Shown here one piece after another: positions 26,760 through 37,295 of a stretch of 48,384 bases of DNA. Source of the stretch: Clostridia bacterium. GTDB lineage: Bacteria; Bacillota; Clostridia; Oscillospirales; CAG-272. Location of the stretch: positions 1 to 48,384 of the forward strand of contig JAFTLK010000358.1 of assembly GCA_017455975.1 (NCBI GenBank), written 5' to 3'. Position 1 is the stretch's first letter; the number at the start of each line of letters is the position of its first letter. The notes beneath the pieces are model-generated. The model was given only the letters and a program-made list of their open reading frames with translations, did no database searches and was not told where the DNA came from. The position numbers and the translations under genes were made by a program.

Positions 26760-28406
26760 ATGAGATTAAGATATCCCGATAAAACTGTGCTTTTCACGCA
26801 GGATAAGCGCTATACCCTCGACGCCTCACTTTCCCGGGAGGATGTAAAGATTCGCTATACTCTGACCGAGGATGAATGTATGCGCATCACAGTGACAGCA
26901 GATGAAACTTCGATCCGTTTTCTGCGTCTGCGGTGGAATTACAATGAAGAAGAACGTATGGGCGGGATTGTCCGCGCACACGGCAGTATTTTCAGCGTTC
27001 CCTACGGTGCTGTCAACCGTCGATGGGACAGCATTATGCCCGAAGCCTATATGCCGTGGTACTTTATGATGACAAACGGAACCGACAGCAAAAAAGATGC
27101 TCCCGGCACAACACGGGCATGTGGTGTTATGACAGGAGGCAAATCCTTCTGTTTCTGGCAAAACGACATGGATGGATTCACACTTTGGGTGGATCTGCGA
27201 TGCGGTACTGCAGGAGTTCTTCTGCGCGGCAGAGAACTCGATGCGGCAACTGTCGTTTTCCGTGAATACAATGAACACTGCTTCACAGAGACGGAAAAAC
27301 AGCTGGCAGGCAATGTCTTTCTTGCCTGTGAGGATTTCTGCCGTGTCATGTGTCCGCATCCGATTCTGCCAAAAGAACCTGTTTACGGCTCCAACAACTG
27401 GTATTACGCATACGGCAACAGCTCTCATGAAGAAATTATACAGGATGCATCGTTTCTGGCAAAGATGACAGCGGGATTGGATAACCGTCCGTTCATGGTG
27501 ATTGACGACGGTTGGCAGCAATACGGCTGTACCGGTCCCTGGGACAAAGGAAGCGAAAAGTTCCCGGACATGCCCGGATTGGCACAGGAAATTGCCAACA
27601 TGGGTGTCAAACCCGGCATCTGGTACCGCCCCTTGTCCGATGCGGAAAAAATACTTTCATGGACAACGGACGAAATGCGTCACCCGCTTGATGCTTCCTG
27701 TCTGGACCCGTCTCATCCGACCGTTCTTGCGCATATCAAAGAAGACATGAAGCGGTTTGCAGATTGGGGATATCGGCTCGTGAAACACGACTATTCCACG
27801 CACGATATGTTTGGATTCTGGAAGCTGGAGCTGAATCCGGCTCCGGTAAAGGAACCGGTCTGGTCGTTCTATAATACCGGAAAAACAGGTGCTGAAATTG
27901 TTCTTGACTTCTATCGCGCACTGCGTGAAGCGGCAGGTGAAGACGTCATCATTCTCGGATGCAATACCATTCATCATCTTGCCGCTGGATTGGTGGAGGT
28001 CAACCGTACCAGTGATGATACCAGCGGTATTCTCTGGGAGAAGACACGTGTTGCCGGTGTCAATACGCTTGCGTTCTGTATGTGTCAGAACCGAACCTTT
28101 TATGCATCCGATGCGGACTGTATCGGTATTACCGAAAACATCCCGTGGGAGTTGAACCGTCAATGGCTGTATGCTCTGGCACACAGCGGATCGCCTTTGT
28201 TTGTTTCCTGCAAGCTCGGCATTCTCGGGGACGAACAGCTCGCTGAGCTGCGGCAGGCATTTGCGGCCGCATCGGTTCAATCCGATCGCATGGTGCCGCT
28301 GAACTGGACGGAAACCAACTGCCCTGACCGATGGCTTCTGAACGGAACACCGATTTCGTTCCGCTGGATTCCCGATGAGGGATGTGATTCGATCCATATG
28401 GAATAA
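26760..28406 (+). CDS. GH36-like (clan D) alpha-galactosidase-type glycoside hydrolase
   Basis: GSNNWY, FMVIDDGWQ, KFPDMPGL, KPGIW, LDPSHP, LVKHDY (nucleophile) and NRTSDD (acid/base). Confidence 0.82.
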   Translation: MRLRYPDKTVLFTQDKRYTLDASLSREDVKIRYTLTEDECMRITVTADETSIRFLRLRWNYNEEERMGGIVRAHGSIFSVPYGAVNRRWDSIMPEAYMPWYFMMTNGTDSKKDAPGTTRACGVMTGGKSFCFWQNDMDGFTLWVDLRCGTAGVLLRGRELDAATVVFREYNEHCFTETEKQLAGNVFLACEDFCRVMCPHPILPKEPVYGSNNWYYAYGNSSHEEIIQDASFLAKMTAGLDNRPFMVIDDGWQQYGCTGPWDKGSEKFPDMPGLAQEIANMGVKPGIWYRPLSDAEKILSWTTDEMRHPLDASCLDPSHPTVLAHIKEDMKRFADWGYRLVKHDYSTHDMFGFWKLELNPAPVKEPVWSFYNTGKTGAEIVLDFYRALREAAGEDVIILGCNTIHHLAAGLVEVNRTSDDTSGILWEKTRVAGVNTLAFCMCQNRTFYASDADCIGITENIPWELNRQWLYALAHSGSPLFVSCKLGILGDEQLAELRQAFAAASVQSDRMVPLNWTETNCPDRWLLNGTPISFRWIPDEGCDSIHME

Positions 28407-28432
28407 TGAAAACAGAACAGGAGGATTTTACG

Positions 28433-29914
28433 ATGATCTGTCAAAAGAGAACTGCCGTCGCTTTCCTGCTTCTTTCCCTGCTTGTTGTCGGGTGTGCAGG
28501 TGAGGACACAAAAACGGATATCGAAACAACCAATACCGGTATCGAAGGTACAGCGGAAACCGAAACCGTTGTCACAGAAAACGCATTACCCGACAATCTG
28601 CCGGAAATGGATTTCGGCGGTGCTATATATACCATGTATCTGCGCCGTGATAAGAATTATACGCCGGACGATTTCATGGCGGAGGAGGGTTCCGGAGATA
28701 TTGTTGAAGATGCCGTCTATCGCCGCAATCTGACAATTTCGGAACGCTTCAACGTTCAATTTGCATATAATCTTGATGAAACCGGTATGACCACATCCAA
28801 CACACCGGGTATTATCGCTCTGCGTGCAGGCGAACATGCAAATGACATTCTTGCACTGCACGGTGCGCATTGTTTTGAATATGCAAAAGAGGGTTTACTT
28901 CTGGACTGGTTTGAAATGATGTCATATAATGATCTGACACAGCCGTGGTGGGATCAGGATTTCCGCATCAACACCGCCATCGGCGGTCGCCTGTTCAGTA
29001 TGACTGGTTCTCTGAGCCATTTCAGCATCGGCGGCACATTTTGTATGTTCTTCAACAAGGACATTCTCAACCGTTTTGATATTGCCTATCCGTATCAGGA
29101 TGTACTCGACGGCACATGGACCTTTGACAAGTATTACAGCATGAGCCGCGCCGTTGTACAGGATCTCAACGGCAACAGCGTGATCGAACCGGAATACGAC
29201 CAATACGGTCTGTATACCGATGCATGTCGCTTCCCGATTGCCGCATTCTATATGGCGGGCGATAAAAGTATTACTTTGGACGGCGACGGTGTTCCGACCA
29301 TCACGGTTTATTCCGAGCAAACAGATAAAATCATGGAATCGCTTCTTTCCTACTATAAAGAACCGGGTGTCTACATCACCGGAAAATCCGGTGAATATCC
29401 GGAAAATATTTTCAGAGAAGGTCGTGCTCTGTTCATCGGTACGTATACAAAGGATCTCGCCAAATACCGTGATATGGATGCTGAAATCGGCGTCATTCCC
29501 TACCCGAAATTTGATGAATCCACAGATCGGTACTATTCACTGGTTGATGCCGGTGAGAATGTCTTTGCTGTCCCGATCACCGCAACCACAGCCAATCTTG
29601 ACATGATTTCGATTGTTACGGAAGCACTCGCTTATGAGGGATATTACTCGGTTCTGCCGACTTTCTACGAAACCGCGCTCAAAACCAAGTATGCCCGAGA
29701 CAACGAATCGGAGAAAATGCTCAGCATCATCGCATCCACCCGCTATTTTGATTACGGATACTATGATACCGGTTGTACAAAGGGATTGGCATATATCGGT
29801 TTGACGATGGTTGATCAGTCCAAAAACTTTGCATCCTATTACGAAAGCAACCGTACACCGTCCGAAAAAATGCTGAAAAAAGCATTGGAGGCGTATCTTG
29901 AGGTTGGGAACTGA
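28433..29914 (+). CDS. Carbohydrate-type extracellular solute-binding lipoprotein
   Basis: Lipobox LVVGC, Thr/Glu-rich linker, LPEMDFGG, AVYRRN, GTWTFD, IPYPKFDE and FYETALKTKYARD; GGAGG RBS before ATG 28433. Confidence 0.85.
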   Translation: MICQKRTAVAFLLLSLLVVGCAGEDTKTDIETTNTGIEGTAETETVVTENALPDNLPEMDFGGAIYTMYLRRDKNYTPDDFMAEEGSGDIVEDAVYRRNLTISERFNVQFAYNLDETGMTTSNTPGIIALRAGEHANDILALHGAHCFEYAKEGLLLDWFEMMSYNDLTQPWWDQDFRINTAIGGRLFSMTGSLSHFSIGGTFCMFFNKDILNRFDIAYPYQDVLDGTWTFDKYYSMSRAVVQDLNGNSVIEPEYDQYGLYTDACRFPIAAFYMAGDKSITLDGDGVPTITVYSEQTDKIMESLLSYYKEPGVYITGKSGEYPENIFREGRALFIGTYTKDLAKYRDMDAEIGVIPYPKFDESTDRYYSLVDAGENVFAVPITATTANLDMISIVTEALAYEGYYSVLPTFYETALKTKYARDNESEKMLSIIASTRYFDYGYYDTGCTKGLAYIGLTMVDQSKNFASYYESNRTPSEKMLKKALEAYLEVGN

Positions 29915-30070
29915 GGTGATGGAGTGTTGATGAACCATGTATAATGGATTCATACGCTGACCTTTGAAGGTCTCGCGGGTAAAGAAGGTCCGCTTCTGGT
30001 AGAACTGAAGGAAGCACATTTGTATGCGATTGGAGCGAAGATGAAATAAACGAAAGATTGTTGATGCAGG

Positions 30071-30106
30071 AAGGCGACCAGCCAAAAAAGTTGGTCGCCT
30101 TTCTTT
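30071..30106 (+). terminator. Rho-independent terminator
   Basis: AAGGCGACCA / TGGTCGCCTT stem followed by a T-rich tail. Confidence 0.7.
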
Positions 30107-30313
30107 ATATCCCATAATTTGAGGAAAACGAATAGGCCAAATATACACCTTGAGAAAATCAAAGCCGACTGAATATGGGTACGAATCTGAACAATAATGG
30201 CGTCAACTGAACTTCAAAGATATAAGAAACAAAAGATGCGGTAGACAGTTACTGCATATAAAAACCAGGCGGCACTTTTCGGTACTGCCTGACTGTGTTC
30301 TGCTATTTTCCGC

Positions 30314-30574
30314 ACCGAGATGTACACCCTCCGCATCCACGGCAAGTGCCACATCCACACGGTCGTCGATGATCAGCGGCACGCCATGTTCTTTCGTAAG
30401 TTTGTGTACCTTTTCCGCCAGAGAAATATACTCTCTGGTGGTTTTGTTTCTCTCGCGAAGCTGTAGTATGGTCACGCCGCCGCAAAGTGCCGCTTCAATG
30501 CGTGCAAGAAACTCCGCTTCTTCATAAGTTCCGCTGTCTGTGATAAAGTACAGGCTTGTGTCAAATTGTTTCAA
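30314..30574 (-). pseudogene. thiE: Thiamine-phosphate synthase, N-terminal fragment
   Basis: From TTG 30574: LYFITD...GGVTILQLRE...LIIDDRVDVALAVDAEGVHLG, after which similarity stops (about 87 aa). Confidence 0.85.
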
Positions 30575-30821
30575 GATCAAATTTCTCCAAAGATATATCA
30601 GTTTCAAATTCCACCGCGGACAGTGTGGACAGCCCGTCCATGAGATGCACCATGAACGAACCGCTGCCCGGTACTGTTTCGGCAAGCTGTCCGCAGATGC
30701 CAAGGACCGAACACGCACAGACCGCCGCATCCATATCACGCGATACGGAGAGATACGCCGCACACAGCGCACCGAGCATACATCCTGTTCCCGTAACGGA
30801 AGTGAGTCTTGGTGTACCGTA
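30561..30821 (-). pseudogene. thiM: Hydroxyethylthiazole kinase, C-terminal fragment
   Basis: GTPRLTSVTGTGCMLGAL and GSGSFMVHLMDGL; most of the N-terminus is missing. It overlaps the thiE start as in a thiM-thiE operon. Confidence 0.85.
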
Positions 30822-30899
30822 ATCCCATGGATTAAGCACCTCTATGTTACACTATCGTTAGACATAATAATGACGGCAAAAAATAAGCGTATAGGAGTA

Positions 30900-31799
30900 T
30901 TATGATTTATACCTATGCCGATATTGTAACGGTGTGATTCCGTATTTCTTCTGAAATTCCTTATAAAAGGATGTTTTCGATGCGAATCCGACCGTATGTG
31001 CAATTACTTCCGCTGTTTGATCTGTATCCAGAAGCATTTGTGCGGCAGATATGATACGACAGTGAATCACTCGTTCGCGGAATGTCATATCATACCGTTT
31101 TTTGCAGATACGGTCAAGCTGACGTGTGCTGATGAATAATTGCTCTGCAATTCTTTGCCGATCGATGGATGTCATAAATTGCGAATCGATAATATATTCC
31201 AGAGAAGCAATGCGGTTGATATCCCGATCGGAAAGATATTCTTCAAGCCCTGGATTTCCCGGAAGCGCTTCAAATCCCGCCTGTATCATTTGCGTCAGCA
31301 AAGAAAGCAGCTGCAGAGAAAACAAAAGATTGTGCTTTCCATCGTATGTATGCAGAATCGAAGTCCACGCCCGGGTAAAAGCAGGCTGATTTTTGAGAAT
31401 CAGCGGATGACGGCTGCCAAGAAGCGGTTCCAGAAAACTGTGCAGTTCGGATGTCTCCTGTCTTGTTTTGTGATGCAGCAGCTTCACGCCGATCGCACGA
31501 AAGGCAGCATCCTTCTTTTCGGTAAGACACACATGCGGCAGATGTGCCGGAACATACAGAAAATCACCGGGATGCAGTGCGGTAATGGTGTGATCGATGT
31601 TGATTCGTGTACAGCCCTCCACCCCACAAAAAAGCTCTCCGAATGCATGTGTATGAAGATTTTGAAGAACCAGCTGTTCTCTTTCATCCGTTATCTCCAC
31701 CATCGATGTTTCCGAATCACCGAGAAACAGTATGGTTGTGTCATTGACGGTAATCGGGAATTCTCTGCGGCTGCCCGGCAGTTGTTTTGTGTTGGTCAT
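30900..31799 (-). CDS. AraC-family transcriptional regulator
   Basis: LHTHAFGELF cupin; IAEQLFISTRQLDRI and IAHTVGFASKTSFYKEF...ITPLQYR. Confidence 0.93.
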   Translation of the reverse strand: MTNTKQLPGSRREFPITVNDTTILFLGDSETSMVEITDEREQLVLQNLHTHAFGELFCGVEGCTRINIDHTITALHPGDFLYVPAHLPHVCLTEKKDAAFRAIGVKLLHHKTRQETSELHSFLEPLLGSRHPLILKNQPAFTRAWTSILHTYDGKHNLLFSLQLLSLLTQMIQAGFEALPGNPGLEEYLSDRDINRIASLEYIIDSQFMTSIDRQRIAEQLFISTRQLDRICKKRYDMTFRERVIHCRIISAAQMLLDTDQTAEVIAHTVGFASKTSFYKEFQKKYGITPLQYRHRYKS

Positions 31800-31980
31800 A
31801 ATCCGCCTCCGTGTCTGATTTGATTACTATTATACATAAAAATACGAAGAGTGTCAACATGATCGTACATAAATAAGACATTTCTTGTGGGATGTTGTCG
31901 TATTGCGATATTGACATATGAAACCCGGTATGTTATGATTATGGTGAAAAAAGCATATGACCGTACAGGAGGATGCGCTT

Positions 31981-33678
31981 ATGAAGCTATATGCATTAAC
32001 AGATTTCCCGGATGACGCTCTGGACGGATTTACACCAAAGCAGATGGATGAATTCAACCGGATATTTTCCGAATACGGTGTCAGCCGTATGTACTTTCAG
32101 TATTACGGAAACCGCGATTACGGATGGTGCATGAACTGTGACCTTCCCGAACGCGAGGGCAATAAAAAAACAGCGGAGCTGATGCCGAACTATTCCCGCG
32201 TGTTTGTGGAAGCGGCGAAGAAATACGGCATGGAAGCGTGTGCTGTCATGCGTCCGCAGGAGCAGGGACTGTGGATGGTAACCTCCCCGCATATCAATCA
32301 AGGAAGAACGCCCGGAATTCCACACATCGGCGGCGAAATGCTCGGATATGCCACGTTTACCAAGGAGCATCCCGGGCTGCGAATCAAGCGGCGCGGATGG
32401 GATATTGACCCCGATTCGGTCGACAAGACCGTGGGCATGCTGAAGCTGTACAAGCAGAATGATCTGCCCATGCGATTTGGTAAGGATGAGATTACGATCT
32501 ATGTTTCCGATGACAATGCCGATTATCAGCCGTATGAAGGCAATTTTTCTGTAATAGAAACAACAGAGGCGGCAGTGGAAACGGTATATCTTTCCAAAGC
32601 AAATCCATATGCATCGGAGGTTCTGACCGAAGCCGGTGCACCGATCCGTGTGATGACGATTTCCGGACTTTCGATCGAGCATCGTTATATTGCCGTCGGT
32701 GTCAGATGTTCATCATCCGACATGCCCGAAAACCGATTTATCAATGTCCCGCTGCATGCAATCGCTTGCTTTGACGTGGACGGAAACAAGATCTGTGCAA
32801 CACCCGGCGGAACACGGATCGGCACATTGACACGGGAACCGTTTTTAACGGCAGGATTCAATTTCGACGACGGCTTCGGTGCATACATGGTAACATCGCT
32901 GGATCCCGACGAAGATGAAGGATATTATGCCATCGCCAAAGGAAAAAACGAATATGTTCACGGTGCGCTGTGTGAATGTGAGCCTGCGGTCAAAGAATAT
33001 TGGCTTTCTCTGCTTGAACAGGCGCTGGAAGACGGATACGACTGGTTCGGCAACCGTATCGAATGTCATTCCGTCCATGTCGATGAACCATTTGCTTACG
33101 GTTACAATGACTGCATCAAGGAGGAATACTTCCGTCGGTACGGAGAATGCTGCGAAGAAGAAATGGAGCTTTCCAAAATTGCCAAAATACGCGGAGATGC
33201 ATATACCGAGCTCTTTGTCGAGGCGGCACGCCGTGTCCGTGCGCGCGGCAGAAAGGTTTATCTGACACTCAATGTGGAAATGCTGCATGATCCGATTCCG
33301 CTGGATCGGCTGTATGCGTATCCGATGAATGTGGAATGGCAATGGGAGCGTTGGCTGGAGCTGATCCAACCGGATGAGATCAACTTCCGTCTGTATATGG
33401 CATCCCTTGATTTTCTGCTTGAAGATCCGCAATGTCAGCATATGATCGAGGTTGCAAAAAACTACGGTGTTCCGATGACGGTGGAGCGGTATCCGTCAGA
33501 ACAATTTGCAAAGGAATTTGAACGCTTACGTGATACAGGACTGTTTGATGCGATGATTATGTATGAAACAGCAAGTTATTTGAAAACAGACGGCACAACC
33601 GCAATGAAGCTGACAGAACTCGGTAAGACAGTTCTGCCGCAGCTGAAAACGCTATTGCAGGAGGGATCCGCAGAATGA
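31981..33678 (+). CDS. Hypothetical protein, possible TIM-barrel glycosidase-like protein with an inserted beta-domain
   Basis: Long clean ORF with GGAGG RBS, first gene of an AraC-linked carbohydrate operon. CECEPAVKEYWL...GYDW and YFRRYG...RGDAYTELF patterns recall GHL/DUF187-type barrels. Confidence 0.55.
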   Translation: MKLYALTDFPDDALDGFTPKQMDEFNRIFSEYGVSRMYFQYYGNRDYGWCMNCDLPEREGNKKTAELMPNYSRVFVEAAKKYGMEACAVMRPQEQGLWMVTSPHINQGRTPGIPHIGGEMLGYATFTKEHPGLRIKRRGWDIDPDSVDKTVGMLKLYKQNDLPMRFGKDEITIYVSDDNADYQPYEGNFSVIETTEAAVETVYLSKANPYASEVLTEAGAPIRVMTISGLSIEHRYIAVGVRCSSSDMPENRFINVPLHAIACFDVDGNKICATPGGTRIGTLTREPFLTAGFNFDDGFGAYMVTSLDPDEDEGYYAIAKGKNEYVHGALCECEPAVKEYWLSLLEQALEDGYDWFGNRIECHSVHVDEPFAYGYNDCIKEEYFRRYGECCEEEMELSKIAKIRGDAYTELFVEAARRVRARGRKVYLTLNVEMLHDPIPLDRLYAYPMNVEWQWERWLELIQPDEINFRLYMASLDFLLEDPQCQHMIEVAKNYGVPMTVERYPSEQFAKEFERLRDTGLFDAMIMYETASYLKTDGTTAMKLTELGKTVLPQLKTLLQEGSAE

Positions 33679-34520
33679 AAACCTTTGATATCGGACTCGG
33701 CGGTTATTCGATCTTACAGTCGCCCAATATGACGCATACACAGATGATGGGTTATATTATCAAAACACCCAACGGTAAACTGATTGTCATCGACGGCGGC
33801 AATCCCGGGGATGCCGGATATCTGCGAGAGCAGATTATGGAGAGCGGCGGACATGTCGATCTGTGGTTGATCACGCATTGCCATGATGACCATTTCTGTG
33901 CGCTGATGAAGATTCTGGAAGCACCCGATGGCATTACGATCGATCGGATTTGTTATAACTTCCCGCCGCGTGACTGGCTGGAAGCGGTGGAACCGTCGGA
34001 TTGGAACCGTGCGTTCTTTGAAGTGATCGATGCAAATGCGGATTTGTTTCAGGTGCTCTACGAAAAGGATACGCTGAACATTGACGGTCTGCAGATCGAG
34101 GTTCTGAATGACCCGATGGACTTCCAGCAGTTTACCGACCCGTCACCTAACGGCGGTTCCAACATCAATGATACGTCTCTTGTCTTCCGTTTCACGTTTC
34201 CGAACGGAAAAACCGCATTGTTTTTGGGTGATCTCGGACTGCGCGCAGGGGATATTTTAGAAGCAAAATACGGTGATGCGCTGAAAAGTGATATCGTGCA
34301 GATGGCACATCACGGGCAAAACGGTGCCGGCGAGAATGTTTATCAGCGCATCCGACCGACCCTTTGCATGTGGACAGCACCGATCTGGCTTTGGAACAAC
34401 GATGCCGGACAAGGCTTCAATACCCATTTTTTCAAAACCGTGACCGTTCGCGGCTGGATGGAGAAGCTCGGTGTCAAGCTCCATGCGGTTGAGGGTGAAG
34501 GTCCTGCATTGATCATTTAA
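33675..34520 (+). CDS. MBL-fold metallo-hydrolase (ComEC/Rec2-like)
   Basis: VIDGG, THCHDDH (HxHxDH), NDTSL, LFLGD and MAHHG; ATGA overlap with the upstream gene. Confidence 0.9.
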   Translation: MKTFDIGLGGYSILQSPNMTHTQMMGYIIKTPNGKLIVIDGGNPGDAGYLREQIMESGGHVDLWLITHCHDDHFCALMKILEAPDGITIDRICYNFPPRDWLEAVEPSDWNRAFFEVIDANADLFQVLYEKDTLNIDGLQIEVLNDPMDFQQFTDPSPNGGSNINDTSLVFRFTFPNGKTALFLGDLGLRAGDILEAKYGDALKSDIVQMAHHGQNGAGENVYQRIRPTLCMWTAPIWLWNNDAGQGFNTHFFKTVTVRGWMEKLGVKLHAVEGEGPALII

Positions 34521-34545
34521 TATTGATACAGAAAGGAACATGATT

Positions 34546-36006
34546 ATGAAAAAGAGTTTGTTAATTCTTGCGGCACTGCTGCTTCTTTCATCCTGTCAGG
34601 GAGGAGAGGGAACGCAGACCCCTGTGACCGATACAGCTTCGGGTACGGTGACTGCTGTCGATACTGCAGAAAAAACACCGCTGGAAATGCTTCCCGACAA
34701 TCTGGACTTCGGCGGCTATGAGTTTCATATTCTTTATACCGATGTCCTTGATCTGCAATATGAATATTATATCAGTATGGAGGAAGAAAACGGCGATCTG
34801 ATGAATGATGCGGCATACAAGCGCAACCGTTTTGTCGAAGAACGGTATAATGTAGAGCTTGTATTCTGTCCACATCCTGTGAGCCAGGGAGATACCATCG
34901 TCCCGACTGTGTCCCAGTCTGTTATGGCAGGCGATGATGCCTATCAGTACCTTCAGTTTTCCTCCTCCTGGGACAGTATGCCCGCGCTGATTTCCGAGAA
35001 TGCTCTTCTGAATCTTTTGGATTTCAAAGAGCTGAACCTTGACTCGGAAGGCTTCATGAAGGAAGCCAATGACTCCATGATCATCAACGATCAGCTGTAT
35101 TTTGGATTTTCACACTACAACAATGCCGGTAATCTTCCGCTGTATATGGTATTCAACAAGGATATCATGCGCAACAACGGTCTTGACATTCCGTATGATA
35201 TCATTTTTGACGGCGGTTGGACAATGGAGGTGTTCCAGCAGTATATCCGCGGTATCAATCTGGACCTGGACGGTAACGGAAAAGTACTCGGTAAAGATCA
35301 GATCGGTTTTGCATCCGGTGATTTGATTTCCAACTACATGGTTTTCGGTTATGACATTTCCTTATTGAAACGCGATGAAGATGGAACATACCGTCCGGAT
35401 TTACAAAACACGCACTTTGTAAATGCTGTTCAGAAATTCCTGGATTTCAAGAAGAACGATCCCGATGTCTATATTCCGTCAGCTGTCGATGGCGGTACAG
35501 GATTGACGCACATGTTCCTTTACGGCAATTCGATGTTTGCACACACCGGAGCCGGAATTTACGGTTACAGCCTGCGCGCGATTGAGGACTTTGATTTCGG
35601 TATTGCACCTTTTCCGAAATATGATGAAACACAGGAACGTTACGGATCCTACTGGTCAATGAACCAGTTTGGTATTCCCGTTACGATTTCCGAGCGTGAA
35701 ATTGTCGGTGCTGTTGCAGAGGGCTTGGCTGTTGCATCCAAGGAAATCATGACACCTGCTTTTATGGATATGTATCTGGAATCCAGAATGGTACGTGATG
35801 AAGAATCGATTCGTGTATTTAACCTGATGCGTGAGGATATGGTGCTGGATGTTTGCCGATACTATGATTTTTCGGACGGTGAAATCATGCCGGTTTATCT
35901 GCTGTCAAGAATCAAAGACATGACGAAGGTTGTTTCGTCTCTTGCCGAAGTGGAAAAACAGGCAGAAGCACAGGCAGAAGAATTCTTCAGCATTTTCTTT
36001 GACTGA
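34546..36006 (+). CDS. Extracellular solute-binding lipoprotein (same family as 28433-29914)
   Basis: Lipobox LSSC, LPDNLDFGG, AAYKRN, GGWTME, APFPKYDETQ and RDEES. Confidence 0.85.
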   Translation: MKKSLLILAALLLLSSCQGGEGTQTPVTDTASGTVTAVDTAEKTPLEMLPDNLDFGGYEFHILYTDVLDLQYEYYISMEEENGDLMNDAAYKRNRFVEERYNVELVFCPHPVSQGDTIVPTVSQSVMAGDDAYQYLQFSSSWDSMPALISENALLNLLDFKELNLDSEGFMKEANDSMIINDQLYFGFSHYNNAGNLPLYMVFNKDIMRNNGLDIPYDIIFDGGWTMEVFQQYIRGINLDLDGNGKVLGKDQIGFASGDLISNYMVFGYDISLLKRDEDGTYRPDLQNTHFVNAVQKFLDFKKNDPDVYIPSAVDGGTGLTHMFLYGNSMFAHTGAGIYGYSLRAIEDFDFGIAPFPKYDETQERYGSYWSMNQFGIPVTISEREIVGAVAEGLAVASKEIMTPAFMDMYLESRMVRDEESIRVFNLMREDMVLDVCRYYDFSDGEIMPVYLLSRIKDMTKVVSSLAEVEKQAEAQAEEFFSIFFD

Positions 36007-36029
36007 TATCAGAAATCCGTTTTCCTATT

Positions 36030-37295
36030 ATGAAACAACTACATCAAAACCTGATCAAATTATGGTTCAGCGATGCCGCATATGCTGCGGCATCTGCTGT
36101 TTCCACAGGCTCCGTATTCTCTGCATTTCTGATGCACGGAGGGATGACGGAGGGACAGATCGGACTGTACCTGTCAATCACGCAGCTGGTCAATCTTGCG
36201 GTATCGCTTCTGTTTGCAGGTGCGGCAGCCAATACCCGCGATACAAGAAAGCCGCTTTTGCTGCTCGGTACATTATCCGCTGCCATAATCGCGCTGCATC
36301 TGTGCTTTTGTTTTTCCGAAATTGGCGGCGGTATCGCGTATTCGCTGATCCTTTTGCTCGGCTGTCTTCAGGCGGCGGTAACCGCTTTGCGGACGGTGTT
36401 TATCTATAAGCTGCCGTGTGAGGTGATGGATCTTCGATATTACTCTTTGTATGCGGGGTATCAGGGATTGTTTACCGGTGCTGCGGGAATCGGGATCGGA
36501 TTTGTGCTTCCGCTGTTTTTTGAGCGGTTTTCGTTTGCGGCGGTCAACGCTGCGGCATTCGTGTTTGCGGGAATTTGCGCTGTGATATCGGCGATTCTGT
36601 TAAGAATACTCGCTCCACTTACAGACGGAGAGACAAATCCCAAAGATACAGCATCCTCCGACAAAAAAGGGATATCGATGATCGCCGATCTGCGTCGTCT
36701 GCTGCACAACCGCCTTTTTATGAGGCTGCTTCTGCCGAATATTCTGCGCGGCTTCGGTACAGGCTTGATCTCGATCTTTCCCGTTGTCGTTCTGCGTGAA
36801 CAGATTCTGTCAGAGCAGTCCGCTTCTCTTTTGACCGCAGGAACATATATCGGTACGCTGTTCAGCTGCTTTGCCTATGTATTCTGTGTCAAACGGCTCG
36901 GTGTTCCCAAAACCTGTCTGCTCGGCGGTGTGCTGTTCAGTATCATCTGTCTGACCCTGTTTGGCGGAACGACATTCTGTCTGGTACTGTACACCCTTGC
37001 CTATGTCGGCTTCAATATCGTATGCTGTGCCGTCCCCGATCTGATCTACCGCAGTGTCGGGTCGGATCTCATCAGTATTTTCCAGACATGGCGTCTGACC
37101 ATGACACAGCTCGGTGTGGTGCTGGCATCCGCTTTGTTCGGTCTTCTCATAGAATGGACGGCGGGTATCCTGATCGTTCTGATCGGTGTGATATGCTATT
37201 TGATTTGTGCCGGATGTTATTATCTGGTTTTCAAAAATAATACTGAATTCGGGATAGAGAACCGTAAGAAAGGAACTGAAAATGAAGATTTATAA
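36030..37295 (+). CDS. MFS-type membrane transporter
   Basis: About 12 hydrophobic segments in two halves separated by a central hydrophilic loop (DGETNPKDTASSDKKG); 421 aa. Confidence 0.75.
   Translation: MKQLHQNLIKLWFSDAAYAAASAVSTGSVFSAFLMHGGMTEGQIGLYLSITQLVNLAVSLLFAGAAANTRDTRKPLLLLGTLSAAIIALHLCFCFSEIGGGIAYSLILLLGCLQAAVTALRTVFIYKLPCEVMDLRYYSLYAGYQGLFTGAAGIGIGFVLPLFFERFSFAAVNAAAFVFAGICAVISAILLRILAPLTDGETNPKDTASSDKKGISMIADLRRLLHNRLFMRLLLPNILRGFGTGLISIFPVVVLREQILSEQSASLLTAGTYIGTLFSCFAYVFCVKRLGVPKTCLLGGVLFSIICLTLFGGTTFCLVLYTLAYVGFNIVCCAVPDLIYRSVGSDLISIFQTWRLTMTQLGVVLASALFGLLIEWTAGILIVLIGVICYLICAGCYYLVFKNNTEFGIENRKKGTENEDL

Noticed and set aside
30822-30900. TPP riboswitch near the thi fragments
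   Set aside because: No CTGAGA-type core is present, and the operon's 5' region is missing.
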